Shown piece after piece: positions 29,573-39,442 of a stretch of DNA of 64,000 bases (positions are counted from its first letter, which is position 1; the number at the start of each line of letters is the position of its first letter). The DNA is from Gemmatimonadota bacterium (GTDB lineage: Bacteria; JBHIER01; G020348925). The notes under the pieces are model-generated. The model had not been told where the DNA came from, did no database searches, and was given only the letters and a program-made list of their open reading frames with translations. The DNA is taken from contig CP070758.1 in the NCBI GenBank assembly GCA_020348925.1, positions 3,921,688 through 3,985,687 on the forward strand, given 5' to 3'. The position numbers were made by a program, and so were the translations under genes.

Positions 29573-31387
29573 TTATAACGGTATTTCCCCTAATCTCTCA
29601 TGCAACTGCTTCCGCAGAAAATCCTCAACATCCTTCGCTTTCGTAAAGGACAATGCCTCGTTAGCAATCTCGAGTGCCTCTTTATAAGTTATTGTCCGGA
29701 TCAAGCGTTTTGCTTCAGGAAGTGCAATCGGGCTCATACTGAATTCATCCAAACCCATACCCAACAGCAACCATACGCACAGCGGATCCCCAGCCATTTC
29801 CCCACAGAGCCCTGTCCAGATACCTCTCTCCTTCCCCGCCGTAATGATCATTTGAATGAACTTCAGCACAGCTGGGTGAAAATGGTTAAACAGGTACGCG
29901 ATTTTTTCATTACCGCGGTCGACAGCAATAGTATATTGAATGAGATCATTCGTCCCGATACTGAAAAAGTCGACCTCCTGGGATAGTTCCCGAGCCACCA
30001 GGGCAGCCGCAGGAACCTCAATCATCACACCGATATGACAATCTTCATTGAAAGGAATTCCGTCCTCTCTCAATTCTTGCTGGACCTCATAGTAGAACTT
30101 CTTGACCTCCTGAAGTTCGCCCAGTCCTGATATCATGGGAAACATAATTCTGATATTTCCATGAATGCTCGCTTTTAAAATAGCGCGCAATTGCATCTTA
30201 AAAATGTCTTTTCTTTCCAGACAGATGCGAATGGCACGCCAGCCCAAATAAGGATTCGGCTCCGGGGCTATATTCAATCCTGAAACAAATTTGTCACCAC
30301 CGAGATCGAGGGTACGAATCACCACAGGGTCAGGATTCATCCGCTCGGCAACTGATGCATACGCTTCGTATTGTTCACTCTCGCTCGGCAAATCTGAGCG
30401 AGCCAGGTAAAGATACTCGGTGCGAAAGAGGCCGATGCCTCGGGCCCCGTGCGACAGAGCGGTCTCAACTTCGTCAGGGAGTTCTATGTTGGCTTGAAGC
30501 TCAATACTCCTGCCGTCCAGCGTAGCGGCGGGTTCATCTCTCAGACTGAGGAGTTCGAGATCGTGCTCGATGAATAATTTCTGCTTCTCTTCATATTCAA
30601 GCAGCGTCCTCTCATCAGGATTAACGATAACTATTCCATGGACTCCATCGATTACGAGAAGATCACCAGGACAGACCTTCTGGGTCACCTCCTTGAGACC
30701 GACCACAGCAGGAATTTCGAGGGAACGGGCCATTATGGCTGCATGAGAAGTTCGTCCACCCAGATCCGTCACAAAACCCAATACTTTGTTCCGATCGAGC
30801 TGAGCCGTATCCGACGGAGTTAAAAACTTTGCAAGAACTATACTTTGCCCCTCCGGACGATCGAAACTCTCCTGACCATCCCCTGCCAGGTTTCGTAATA
30901 CTCGACGTTCGACATCCTGAAGATCCACAGCTCGTTCCCTTAAATACTCGTCTCCTGTGTCCAGAAGAGTCTTTCTCACATTCTCCAGGTTTTGGAAAAA
31001 GATAAACTCGGCGTTCTTCTTTTGCTTTTTGATACGATCGACGGTTTCGTCAATGGCCATTGTATCTTCTAACATTAAGAGATGAGCGTCAAATATTCGT
31101 GCTTTCTCCTCTCCTAATTGATTGGCAATTTTCCTCTGAATGCTGGCAAAATCTTTCTTCGTTTTCGCCACTGCCTTTTCAAACCGTTTCACCTCGACTT
31201 CCACGCGCGATTCTTCGATATCAATCTCTTTGACCGACATTCGCTCCAGATCGAGAATATGTGCATGCCCGATGGCAATACCCGGTGAAGCAGGAATGCC
31301 TTTCAGAATGGAGACTTCTGGGTTTGAACATTTCAGGTTCCTGCTGCGTCTTCTTTTATTGGAATTCACCACGGCCGTATCCTTCAC
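29573..31387 (-). CDS. ptsI: PTS enzyme I
   Basis: GIPASPGIAIG, GGRTSHAAIMARS, GIGLFRTE, RTLDLGGDK, SIGTNDLIQY, CGEMAGD. Confidence 0.97.
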   Translation of the reverse strand: MKDTAVVNSNKRRRSRNLKCSNPEVSILKGIPASPGIAIGHAHILDLERMSVKEIDIEESRVEVEVKRFEKAVAKTKKDFASIQRKIANQLGEEKARIFDAHLLMLEDTMAIDETVDRIKKQKKNAEFIFFQNLENVRKTLLDTGDEYLRERAVDLQDVERRVLRNLAGDGQESFDRPEGQSIVLAKFLTPSDTAQLDRNKVLGFVTDLGGRTSHAAIMARSLEIPAVVGLKEVTQKVCPGDLLVIDGVHGIVIVNPDERTLLEYEEKQKLFIEHDLELLSLRDEPAATLDGRSIELQANIELPDEVETALSHGARGIGLFRTEYLYLARSDLPSESEQYEAYASVAERMNPDPVVIRTLDLGGDKFVSGLNIAPEPNPYLGWRAIRICLERKDIFKMQLRAILKASIHGNIRIMFPMISGLGELQEVKKFYYEVQQELREDGIPFNEDCHIGVMIEVPAAALVARELSQEVDFFSIGTNDLIQYTIAVDRGNEKIAYLFNHFHPAVLKFIQMIITAGKERGIWTGLCGEMAGDPLCVWLLLGMGLDEFSMSPIALPEAKRLIRTITYKEALEIANEALSFTKAKDVEDFLRKQLHERLGEIPL

Positions 31388-31650
31388 TCCTCATTGAATT
31401 TTGACTGAATGAGTGCCTCCAAGGCTTCGACTGCAGCTTCGGCATCAGATCCATTTGCCCGAATTACAATTTCACTTCCATACTCAGCAGCCAACATCAT
31501 TACTCCCATGATACTTTTTCCATTGACTTGAAGACTGTCTTTTACAAGAGTAATATTCGAAATAAATTTGCCCGCGGTTTGCACAATAAGTGCTGCTGGC
31601 CGAGCATGAAGGCCAAGCCTGTTTTGTATCCTCACCTTCTTTTCGATCAT
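31384..31650 (-). CDS. ptsH: Phosphocarrier protein HPr
   Basis: GLHARPAA (His15), NGKSIMG (Ser46). Confidence 0.96.
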   Translation of the reverse strand: MIEKKVRIQNRLGLHARPAALIVQTAGKFISNITLVKDSLQVNGKSIMGVMMLAAEYGSEIVIRANGSDAEAAVEALEALIQSKFNEE

Positions 31651-31651
31651 A

Positions 31652-32443
31652 TCACAAAGAGCATCTAATATACGCCGTTATAAAACCAATGATCAATGCT
31701 ACCGGAATAACGAAGAACAGTGAAACTCGCCTCTTCAACGCAACCCAATAATAAATAATAAAAAGGAGGAAAAGAACCAAATAAGAAATAGAGACCTGAA
31801 AACTGGAAACGCATTCAACACTCAGAAAGAACCCGACGGCTATGGCCCCTAACACGCGTATACTTCGTATGCTTTTCTTGTAGAGTGGTCGGACGAGTTC
31901 AGAAAACACGCGTGGACCCAATTCAAATCCTCGCCGAAGTCCCCAATAGCGTACCCATAGATGGGGAAGATTGTAAACAGCCAGAAAAACAATCGGTCCC
32001 CAAAGGCTCCCGCGAAGAGCGATGACAGCCCCAACAATTCCGGCCAGAGGGCGAAGACCGTTCCAGAAGAACTGGTCACCAAGGGAGCCCAGCGGCCCGC
32101 ACAGCCCATTTTTGATCTTGCGTACCCGCTCACTTTTGTCATTCCTCCGACCATCTTCCACGTGAATTGCTGCCCCGAGAACGAAAGAGGCGAAATAAGG
32201 ATGCGCGTTGAAGAATTCAAGGTGGCGGAGAAGAAAGTCGACTCGCTCTTCCTTTGTTCGACAGATCCTGTTTATAATTTGCGCCATTGAGTTGGCAAAT
32301 CCTAATGCAAGCATTCTGGGATAGTTCCACGCTGCCTGGATATAGAACGATCGGAAAAATATATGTATCCAATCGCTTTTTCTAATACTCGCTGCGTTCA
32401 TACCCAAAATATTTCGCCTAAGAGCACCGTGAATTTCACTCAC
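31652..32443 (-). CDS. PTS mannose/fructose/sorbose family EIID
   Basis: QAAWNY.RM..LGF, RHLEFFNAHP, GPLGSLGDQFFW. Confidence 0.9.
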   Translation of the reverse strand: MSEIHGALRRNILGMNAASIRKSDWIHIFFRSFYIQAAWNYPRMLALGFANSMAQIINRICRTKEERVDFLLRHLEFFNAHPYFASFVLGAAIHVEDGRRNDKSERVRKIKNGLCGPLGSLGDQFFWNGLRPLAGIVGAVIALRGSLWGPIVFLAVYNLPHLWVRYWGLRRGFELGPRVFSELVRPLYKKSIRSIRVLGAIAVGFFLSVECVSSFQVSISYLVLFLLFIIYYWVALKRRVSLFFVIPVALIIGFITAYIRCSL

Positions 32444-33123
32444 AGTATCGAGATTAAAATTCCACCTATGAATCCTACAGCGATGAAAGAAACTGTTTTT
32501 TTCGATCCGAAAATAGTCAACACCACAGCGCCACCTAAGGCCATGAGAGAGAGAGTACTGATCTCACCGAATTCCGGACCAAAGAGGAGCGAAAATCCGG
32601 CCATTTTGGTGAGTCCCATGAGACCTAAGAGAAGTGTCACCCCGCTGTACACAAAACCGCGTCCAAAAGAATGGATCACACCCAACCAATTCTGAAGTTC
32701 AACGCCTCTGGCTTTCCCTTCTCTCGCAAATTTCAAGGCCCGCTCCATGAGCGTCGAATTTATTGTTCGCATGAAGACGATAAGCTTGCTTCCGATAAAA
32801 GCTACGGGCACCGAATACAGAATTGATATGAGAATTACGAAATGAGGGATGTTCGCATGGGGCTGGAATTTCACAGCCATGGCCACTGCCACAGCGCTGG
32901 CTACATTACTATCAGGGAAAACAGCAGCACGGACGGGCACGGCACCAGCACACAACAGCTCCATCAGAGCTCCCATGAAAAGGCCTGTCTGAAGATCACC
33001 AAGGAGGAGACCAACTACTGGACCACTCACAATTGGTCGGCAGATCATAACCTGCCAGGCCGCCGTCGTATCCACAGCAACGACTCCCCCAACCAGACTC
33101 ACAATAAGGAGATCAGTCCACAT
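32440..33123 (-). CDS. PTS mannose/fructose/sorbose family EIIC
   Basis: D......Q.MICRPIVSGPVVGLLLGDLQTGL.MGALMEL. Confidence 0.9.
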   Translation of the reverse strand: MWTDLLIVSLVGGVVAVDTTAAWQVMICRPIVSGPVVGLLLGDLQTGLFMGALMELLCAGAVPVRAAVFPDSNVASAVAVAMAVKFQPHANIPHFVILISILYSVPVAFIGSKLIVFMRTINSTLMERALKFAREGKARGVELQNWLGVIHSFGRGFVYSGVTLLLGLMGLTKMAGFSLLFGPEFGEISTLSLMALGGAVVLTIFGSKKTVSFIAVGFIGGILISIL

Positions 33124-33474
33124 CAGTCGAGAATTTCTCTTACCATCAAGACAACATCACTTTGTCCAATGTACCGTCATCATTGAGATCGGTTGCCCGG
33201 AATTGGCCGGATGTCGGCCTCACCGACCCAACATGGAAATCGATCAAGAGCAGAACATCTGTAATACTGACATGCCCGTCGTCAGCGACATCACTTTTAG
33301 GATTCCATACTTTCGGCCTGCCACGTTTGAAGACACCACCATCTTTCGCTTCGACATATAAGACCTGCGGATTGGAAGCACTGCTAAACAACTTACGCTT
33401 GGATCTCTCAAGCCATCACCCACAGATTTCCACGCTTCACGCTCATCGAAGCCTCGAGAGACACGATCTGATGC
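33123..33474 (-). pseudogene. Eroded 3' remnant of a BNR/Asp-box repeat + dockerin-like protein
   Basis: Across two frameshifts reads VSRGFDEREAWKSVGDGLRDPSVSCLAV / ASNPQVLYVEAKDGGVFK...SDVADDGHVSITDVLLLIDFHVG...TDLNDDGTLD / SDVVLMVREILD*; stop overlaps the EIIC ATG. Confidence 0.75.
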
Positions 33475-33836
33475 AACGGCCTTAAGGACGTTTGATGATA
33501 TAGGATCAAATCAAAACCTTCAACTCTTTTTTAAACGATATCAAGCGTAGAAACGTTGTCTAATAATCGATACTCCACCACAGCTCTCTTCAGACACGTC
33601 TCATATTTTCTTTTTATTATTTTCAATCTTCAACTCTTATTCTGATCTTTGCTCCCATATCTGTCTGACCGTTCCATTGATAACCTGAAAGAATCCCTAA
33701 TGAAATGCGGACCATATTATTACGAGCGAGGAGAAGAGCCTCCCGATGAAAGAAACCGCGACATATGATACTTGTTACAGCTCATGAGTATGTTATGCAT
33801 GAAAGGACGTGAGGTGTCGAGGCGTTCAATGTATCG

Positions 33837-34739
33837 TCAAAAATCAAAAACTGATATCTTGAAATATTTGTTGGGGTTCTTTTTGATGTCTTCGATAAGA
33901 AGGTTAATTTCCTCGGTCGTCCTCTGCAGCTTGTCGTAGAGTTCACGGCTGTTCACCAATTCACCAAGAGTTCCCTCACCCTGATCTATCCTGTCACTGA
34001 TAATTTTGAAGGTCGAAGAAATTTCCTCCAAACGAAGGAGGACGGTATCGAAGCGTTCCGCTGAAGAACTGAATTGCATGATTGTGGAATCGATGACTGT
34101 CCTGTTATCTCCGACGAGGTTTTTAAGCTCCTGTGAGGTCGTTTTGAAGTCCCGAACCGCATCGTTAAAACCCGGTCGGTTTTCATCGACAAGAGATCGA
34201 ATCGATTTCATCAAAACCTGGGCATCGGTCAAGGTTTGCTCTATCGAGCCTAAAATTCCACTTCCACCTATTGAACGATCAATTTTCCCAACCAATTGAC
34301 GGACCTCGGTAACAAGAGTGCCCAACATTCCAACCACCTCAAAAAGATCGGTCTGATGGACGCCCTCAACAACTTGAGAGGGATCCAAAGGATGGCCGCT
34401 CTCCCCGGGATCAATCTCCACATATTTCATGCCGACGAACCCACTGCTCATAATCATAAATTTGGAATCATCGCTCAAGTGGACATCTGACTCCAAGAAC
34501 ACATCAACCTGAACTTTCCCTTGTCGTAGAGCAATGGATTTGACTGAACCTTTTCTCACTCCGGCCACCATGACAGGATCTCCCTCTTTCAACCCACTGG
34601 CGTTGTCAAAAAGGACCGTAACGGAATATCGATGACGGTTGAATTTGAATTCTTTAAGAAAAAGAATGCCTGCGATCAGGATAATAATCGCACAGAGACA
34701 GAACACGCCGACGATCAATTCAGTCTTCTTTCCTTTCAT
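33837..34739 (-). CDS. MCE/MlaD family protein
   Basis: E..VG.F TM anchor, F.NASGLKEGDPV.VAGVRKG.V, G.KYVEIDPG, helical tail GEGTLG.LV...ELY...DIKKNP.KY. Confidence 0.92.
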   Translation of the reverse strand: MKGKKTELIVGVFCLCAIIILIAGILFLKEFKFNRHRYSVTVLFDNASGLKEGDPVMVAGVRKGSVKSIALRQGKVQVDVFLESDVHLSDDSKFMIMSSGFVGMKYVEIDPGESGHPLDPSQVVEGVHQTDLFEVVGMLGTLVTEVRQLVGKIDRSIGGSGILGSIEQTLTDAQVLMKSIRSLVDENRPGFNDAVRDFKTTSQELKNLVGDNRTVIDSTIMQFSSSAERFDTVLLRLEEISSTFKIISDRIDQGEGTLGELVNSRELYDKLQRTTEEINLLIEDIKKNPNKYFKISVFDF

Positions 34740-34750
34740 TCAACTCTCCT

Positions 34751-35224
34751 CTATAACAGTTTTCGCATATCTATTTTTTTGGCTGTAGGAACATCCCTGC
34801 ATTCTACCTCAACGCCCATAGCTATCAGCTCTTTAAAAGCGTCGATATCCTGATTCGTGACATATACATATGGAAGCAAACGATCCTTCCCTTCGGTGTG
34901 ATGCAATCCGCCGACATTGACACTCTTGATATCAATCCCCTTCCTCACAAGACTTAAAGCGTTCCGAGGAGACTCGACAATGACAAGAATTCTTTCTTCG
35001 TCGAACTCCCTTTCGGTAAGATACTTCACTGCCCTGTCAAGTCCTAAGATAGATACGCCGATCTCCGAAGGGACTGCTGCTTCGTACACTTCTCTGTGCC
35101 AAGAACTCTTGGCAATGTTATCGTTGACCAACACGATGCGATCGGGATGCAATGCATGAGCCCAACCCAGAATGACTTGGCCATGAATGAGACGATCATC
35201 TATTCGAACAAGAACAAGAGCCAT
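34751..35224 (-). CDS. PTS mannose/sorbose family EIIB
   Basis: RIDDRLIHGQV..GW, VNVGG. Confidence 0.95.
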   Translation of the reverse strand: MALVLVRIDDRLIHGQVILGWAHALHPDRIVLVNDNIAKSSWHREVYEAAVPSEIGVSILGLDRAVKYLTEREFDEERILVIVESPRNALSLVRKGIDIKSVNVGGLHHTEGKDRLLPYVYVTNQDIDAFKELIAMGVEVECRDVPTAKKIDMRKLL

Positions 35225-35267
35225 CCGTTCGCCTATATCTCTAAAGATGAACCGCCGTCCTCAGTGA

Positions 35268-35672
35268 TCACCGAGGAGGAAATAAGGTATAATTTCCTAC
35301 TTCAATTCCTGCCGTCCCTGCTTCGCGCAAATTTTCAACAAGGACCGGCAGTTCAAGATCATTCCTTTTGTAGAAAAACTGAAGCAGCATAGGCAAGTTG
35401 ACGCCACTGACAACGTATACCGTTCTATGTTTCCGCCTCATTCTCTCCACAGCTACCCAACAACTTCCCCGCGCTAAATCGACGAAGATCACGGTGCCAT
35501 CTCGAAAACCTTCTCTTGACAACGCTTCGCCCAGGACATCTTCCATGGCTGCCCCAGAGCACCCCTCATTCGACAAAGCCACCACATTTTCTTGTCTCCC
35601 TATGATACCCTCAGCCGTGCGCAGCAGCTCCTGTCCGATTTTGCCATGCGTGAAGAGAATTCCTCCTATCAT
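35268..35672 (-). CDS. PTS mannose/fructose family EIIA
   Basis: THG (phospho-His), FVDL..GS, SGVNLPML. Confidence 0.92.
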   Translation of the reverse strand: MIGGILFTHGKIGQELLRTAEGIIGRQENVVALSNEGCSGAAMEDVLGEALSREGFRDGTVIFVDLARGSCWVAVERMRRKHRTVYVVSGVNLPMLLQFFYKRNDLELPVLVENLREAGTAGIEVGNYTLFPPR

Positions 35673-35686
35673 CGTTGGATAAAATC

Positions 35687-36655
35687 CTATTCTGTATCCT
35701 CGCGAAAATAATGATCAGCCTGGGTTTTGCTTCGTATCGCCTCGTGGAGCCTTTTGCTAAATTCCTTTGCAGGATAATAACCGTATATCTTCAAGAGATA
35801 GTTGAGGGCAATCACTTCGGCGATGACTGTAATGTTTTTTCCCGGAAAGATGGGAACTGTCACTTGTGGTATCTCCACCTCAAGAATCGCCGATTTCTCC
35901 TCCTCAATCCCGAGTCTTTCGTAATCAAGAGTCTCATCGAAATCAACAAGCTGTACCTCAACCTCAATTCTCTTCTGAAGCCGAATTGCTTGCACACCGA
36001 ACACACTCCGGACATCAATGATCCCTACTCCGCGAATCTCGATATGGTGTCGCAACAGATCATTGCTGCTACCCAGAAGTAAACCCCGAGCACTTCTTGT
36101 GACCGTGACCACATCATCAGCAACCAAACGATGACCTCGTTCCACCAGATCCAGAGCAATTTCACTCTTCCCGATGCTACTCCTTCCGGTGAACAGGAGT
36201 CCCACACCATAGACATCCACGAGGGAGCCATGAATCGTCGTTTGTGGGGCAAAGCGGTCATCCAGGTAATAATTGAAGAGATGGACAAACTTCGTCGTGG
36301 GAAAGCTTGTTCGAAGAAGAGCGATCCCAGAACGCTCGGCAATTTCACGAAGCACCCCTGGAGGGTCATTTGCATTTGTAATAATGACACAGGGAAGATC
36401 GAATCTGAACAGAGTTTCCAGCGCTTGCTTTAAATCTTCCTGCGAAAGTCTTCTGAGGTAGGCGATCTCAGCATTTCCGAGAATCTGAACCCTCCTGAAG
36501 GCAAACAGATCGACGAAACCTGCCAGTGCTAATCCAGGGCGATGAATGTCATTCCTCGTGATCAGTTTACTGAGCCCGCTTTTACCACATAAAAGTTCCA
36601 AATCGAGCCGCTCCCGATTTTCTTCAATGAGTTTTTCGACCGTGATGCCTTCCAT
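35687..36655 (-). CDS. hprK: HPr kinase/phosphorylase
   Basis: RPGLALAG, HG.LVDVYGVG, GRSSIGKSE.ALDLVERGHRLVADD, EIRGVGII. Confidence 0.96.
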   Translation of the reverse strand: MEGITVEKLIEENRERLDLELLCGKSGLSKLITRNDIHRPGLALAGFVDLFAFRRVQILGNAEIAYLRRLSQEDLKQALETLFRFDLPCVIITNANDPPGVLREIAERSGIALLRTSFPTTKFVHLFNYYLDDRFAPQTTIHGSLVDVYGVGLLFTGRSSIGKSEIALDLVERGHRLVADDVVTVTRSARGLLLGSSNDLLRHHIEIRGVGIIDVRSVFGVQAIRLQKRIEVEVQLVDFDETLDYERLGIEEEKSAILEVEIPQVTVPIFPGKNITVIAEVIALNYLLKIYGYYPAKEFSKRLHEAIRSKTQADHYFREDTE

Positions 36656-36681
36656 AGGAACTCTGAAATGTTAAAGCCGGA

Positions 36682-38115
36682 TTATCGTTTGCGAAATCTG
36701 GCTGGCATTATTCTCAGCTGCTCTCGATATTTTGAAACTGTACGCCGGGCAATGTTGAAACCCTCCTCTTTCAATCTATTCGCGATTTCCTGGTCGCTGA
36801 GGGGTTTCTTTTGATTCTCCTCTTCAACAAGGCGAGTAATTCGCTCTTTCACCCGCTTCGAAGACACCTCCTCTCCGGCTCTACTTTCAATCTTTGCATC
36901 GAAAAAATATTTCAAAGGAAAGATACCGCGAGGAGTCTGGACATATTTATTACTGGTTACACGGCTGACGGTAGAAACAGACATCTCCAGTGCTTCCGCG
37001 ACCTCCTGGAGGACCATGGGCTTCAAACGGGTAACGCCATGTTCCAAGAAATCACGCTGCGCCTGAGCCAAGTAATTCACAACCGCTAATATTGTGGACC
37101 GTCTTTGGTCAATGGACTTAATCAGCCATCGAGCAGCATTGAGCTTGTCGACGACGTATCTTTTCGTCTCAGGGCTCGAGGTCGAAGACCCTTCGAGAAC
37201 GGAACGATACAGAGGATTCACCCTCAACATGGGTGAATTTTTATCGTTCAGCATGACGACGTAATTATTCTCAATCTTCTCAATAATCACATCGGGGAAA
37301 ATCGTTCTGGCTCCCATCGAAGGTCCCCAGCCTGGACGTGGGTTCAACCGAGCAATCCGCGCCGCAGCTTTGTGCACGTCCTCTTCGCTCACTCCCAAGG
37401 TCTTTGCTATGAGTGCAAAGCGGCCTCGTTTCAAATCTAACAAGTGTTTGTCAACTATAGACCCGACGAGAGGATTTTGCACGTCTTTCCGATTCAACTG
37501 AATAATGAGACACTCTCGAAGGTCTCTTGCCCCAACGCCTACAGGATCGAATGTCTGTATCACCTTCAAGACTTTCTCCACGTCATCAACAGGAACTGCA
37601 ACAGCCGAGGCAATATCCTCGATGGGACATGTGAGATATCCATCATCATCCAAATTTCCAATAATATTCTCACCAATCCTCAATTCATCCTCGGACAGAC
37701 TTGTCAGTTTTAACTGGGAGAGAAGATGCTCTTCCAAAGTTTCCTCTCGAGGAGGATATGTTTCGACCATCTCTTGATCCCCATCACCCTCCCGGCTACT
37801 GTATCCCATTTCGAAACCATCGCGAACGTATTCGCTCCAGTCGATCTGATCTCGGTCAACTGCGATTTCCTCTTCTTTTTCGTCCCGGGGTTCCTCCGTC
37901 GTTTCAGTCTGTTTCACTTCGACAAGGTCCGTGGTCTCTTCCAGAAATGGATTTATCTCCAATTCCTGTTTCAACAACTGTTCCAGTTCCAACGTCGATA
38001 ATTGAAGAAGCTGCAGCGATTGGATCAATTGAGGCGCAAGTTTCTGCTCCAACTTCAATCTTTGAGATAAATCCAAACCTGGCGACTTCATATCAAATTT
38101 TCCCTCCTCCGTCAA
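36682..38115 (-). CDS. rpoN: RNA polymerase sigma-54 factor
   Basis: PQLIQSLQLLQL, DPVGVGARDLRECL, STVSR, RpoN box ARRTVSKYRE. Confidence 0.97.
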   Translation of the reverse strand: MTEEGKFDMKSPGLDLSQRLKLEQKLAPQLIQSLQLLQLSTLELEQLLKQELEINPFLEETTDLVEVKQTETTEEPRDEKEEEIAVDRDQIDWSEYVRDGFEMGYSSREGDGDQEMVETYPPREETLEEHLLSQLKLTSLSEDELRIGENIIGNLDDDGYLTCPIEDIASAVAVPVDDVEKVLKVIQTFDPVGVGARDLRECLIIQLNRKDVQNPLVGSIVDKHLLDLKRGRFALIAKTLGVSEEDVHKAAARIARLNPRPGWGPSMGARTIFPDVIIEKIENNYVVMLNDKNSPMLRVNPLYRSVLEGSSTSSPETKRYVVDKLNAARWLIKSIDQRRSTILAVVNYLAQAQRDFLEHGVTRLKPMVLQEVAEALEMSVSTVSRVTSNKYVQTPRGIFPLKYFFDAKIESRAGEEVSSKRVKERITRLVEEENQKKPLSDQEIANRLKEEGFNIARRTVSKYREQLRIMPARFRKR

Positions 38116-38117
38116 TC

Positions 38118-38840
38118 CTAATCCAACCGAAATTTTTCTCCAAGATAGATCCGTCTCGCTTCCGGATCGTTTGCTAAATACTGGGCGGTCCCTGATTTCA
38201 AAATCCTTCCCTCGCTCATAATGTATGCTCGGTCCGTAATTTGCAGTGTCTCTCGAACGTTATGATCCGTAATTAAGACTCCGAGCCCTTTTCCCCTTAA
38301 CTGAGATACAATTCCCTGAATATCCTCGCGAGCAATGGGATCGACCCCGGTAAACGGCTCATCCAAAAGAATGAATTTTGGTTTCGTGGCCAGGGCTCTG
38401 GTAATCTCCACTCGTCTCCGTTCACCTCCAGACAGGGTGTAGGCTCGGTGCTTTGCCAGAGAGGTTATATCCAATTCCTCCAGGAGGGTTTTTAACTGCT
38501 GTTTGCGATCTTCCCCGGGCAAATGCATTGTTTCCAGAATGGCTTGAATATTCTGTTCCACGGTCAGTTTTCGAAAAATCGAGGGTTCTTGGGGCAAGTA
38601 ACCGATACCCCGTCGAGCTCTCTTGTACATGGGCAAGGACGTAATTTCCTCACCGCCGAGCAATACTCTCCCATCATCGGGCTTGATCATCCCTACGATC
38701 ATGTAAAAAGATGTAGTTTTTCCCGCCCCATTTGGACCCAAGAGACCCACAACCTCACCCTGATGTACCTCAATACTGACATCGTTCACGACCTTACGTT
38801 TGTTGTACACTTTCACCAGATTCTCCGACGCAATCGTCAA
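38118..38840 (-). CDS. lptB: LPS export ABC ATPase LptB
   Basis: [56 protein letters not shown]. Confidence 0.96.
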   Translation of the reverse strand: MTIASENLVKVYNKRKVVNDVSIEVHQGEVVGLLGPNGAGKTTSFYMIVGMIKPDDGRVLLGGEEITSLPMYKRARRGIGYLPQEPSIFRKLTVEQNIQAILETMHLPGEDRKQQLKTLLEELDITSLAKHRAYTLSGGERRRVEITRALATKPKFILLDEPFTGVDPIAREDIQGIVSQLRGKGLGVLITDHNVRETLQITDRAYIMSEGRILKSGTAQYLANDPEARRIYLGEKFRLD

Positions 38841-38873
38841 CAGATCTCACCTCTCGGGTTCCAGATTCCACTT

Positions 38874-39431
38874 CTACGGTTCTCCGGTAACTCTTCTCTT
38901 CACCACCCCAGTAATATTTTCTTTGATCTTCCAATGTTCCAAATCAGCGTCCGATTCAAAACCGACGCCCGTAATCTCTTCATCTCCACTCTGAATAGTC
39001 ACCAGCGTATCCGAAAGGATCCTCTGACTCTCATTGTGCCATTCCAGTTTCTCGGTTTTTAAACGTGATCCTCCTTCGGAAAGAACGAGGACATTGCCGA
39101 AGGCCGTTAAGTTCTGAGAGATCTCATTCACTGCTCCACCATCGGCCGTAAGCACGGAGACATGGTTCCCGTTGTCATCGAAAAAATCCACCTGAATCCT
39201 TTCATCCATCTTGATAATATGACTTTCTTCAAATTTGAGTATGTGCCCCGCCCATACTTTCGCTCGATTCTGACCCCTGACAGACAGAATGACTGTTGAA
39301 TTCCATGATTCCTGCGAGGGAGTCTCCTTTCCTGTTGCCTCAGACATGGGCCGCTGTTCTCCCCTCTGGCAACTCAGAAGGGACAGCAGGGCAATACCGA
39401 AAAAAAATGTGTCTACGGTTCTTGAGATCAT
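38874..39431 (-). CDS. lptC: LPS export protein LptC
   Basis: Lipoprotein-like N-terminus (LLSC); VDFFD..G, LTAD.G, A.GNV.V, LKTE.L.W, I.SD..V.I, G.GFESD; next to lptB. Confidence 0.85.
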   Translation of the reverse strand: MISRTVDTFFFGIALLSLLSCQRGEQRPMSEATGKETPSQESWNSTVILSVRGQNRAKVWAGHILKFEESHIIKMDERIQVDFFDDNGNHVSVLTADGGAVNEISQNLTAFGNVLVLSEGGSRLKTEKLEWHNESQRILSDTLVTIQSGDEEITGVGFESDADLEHWKIKENITGVVKRRVTGEP

Positions 39432-39442
39432 ACTCTGCCCTC

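Noticed and set aside
16204-33800. 12-mer ATGCATAACATA at 16204 (+) and 33789 (-), faintly like a XerD arm
   Set aside because: Shared 12-mers are expected by chance in 64 kb; no full dif structure with a XerC arm
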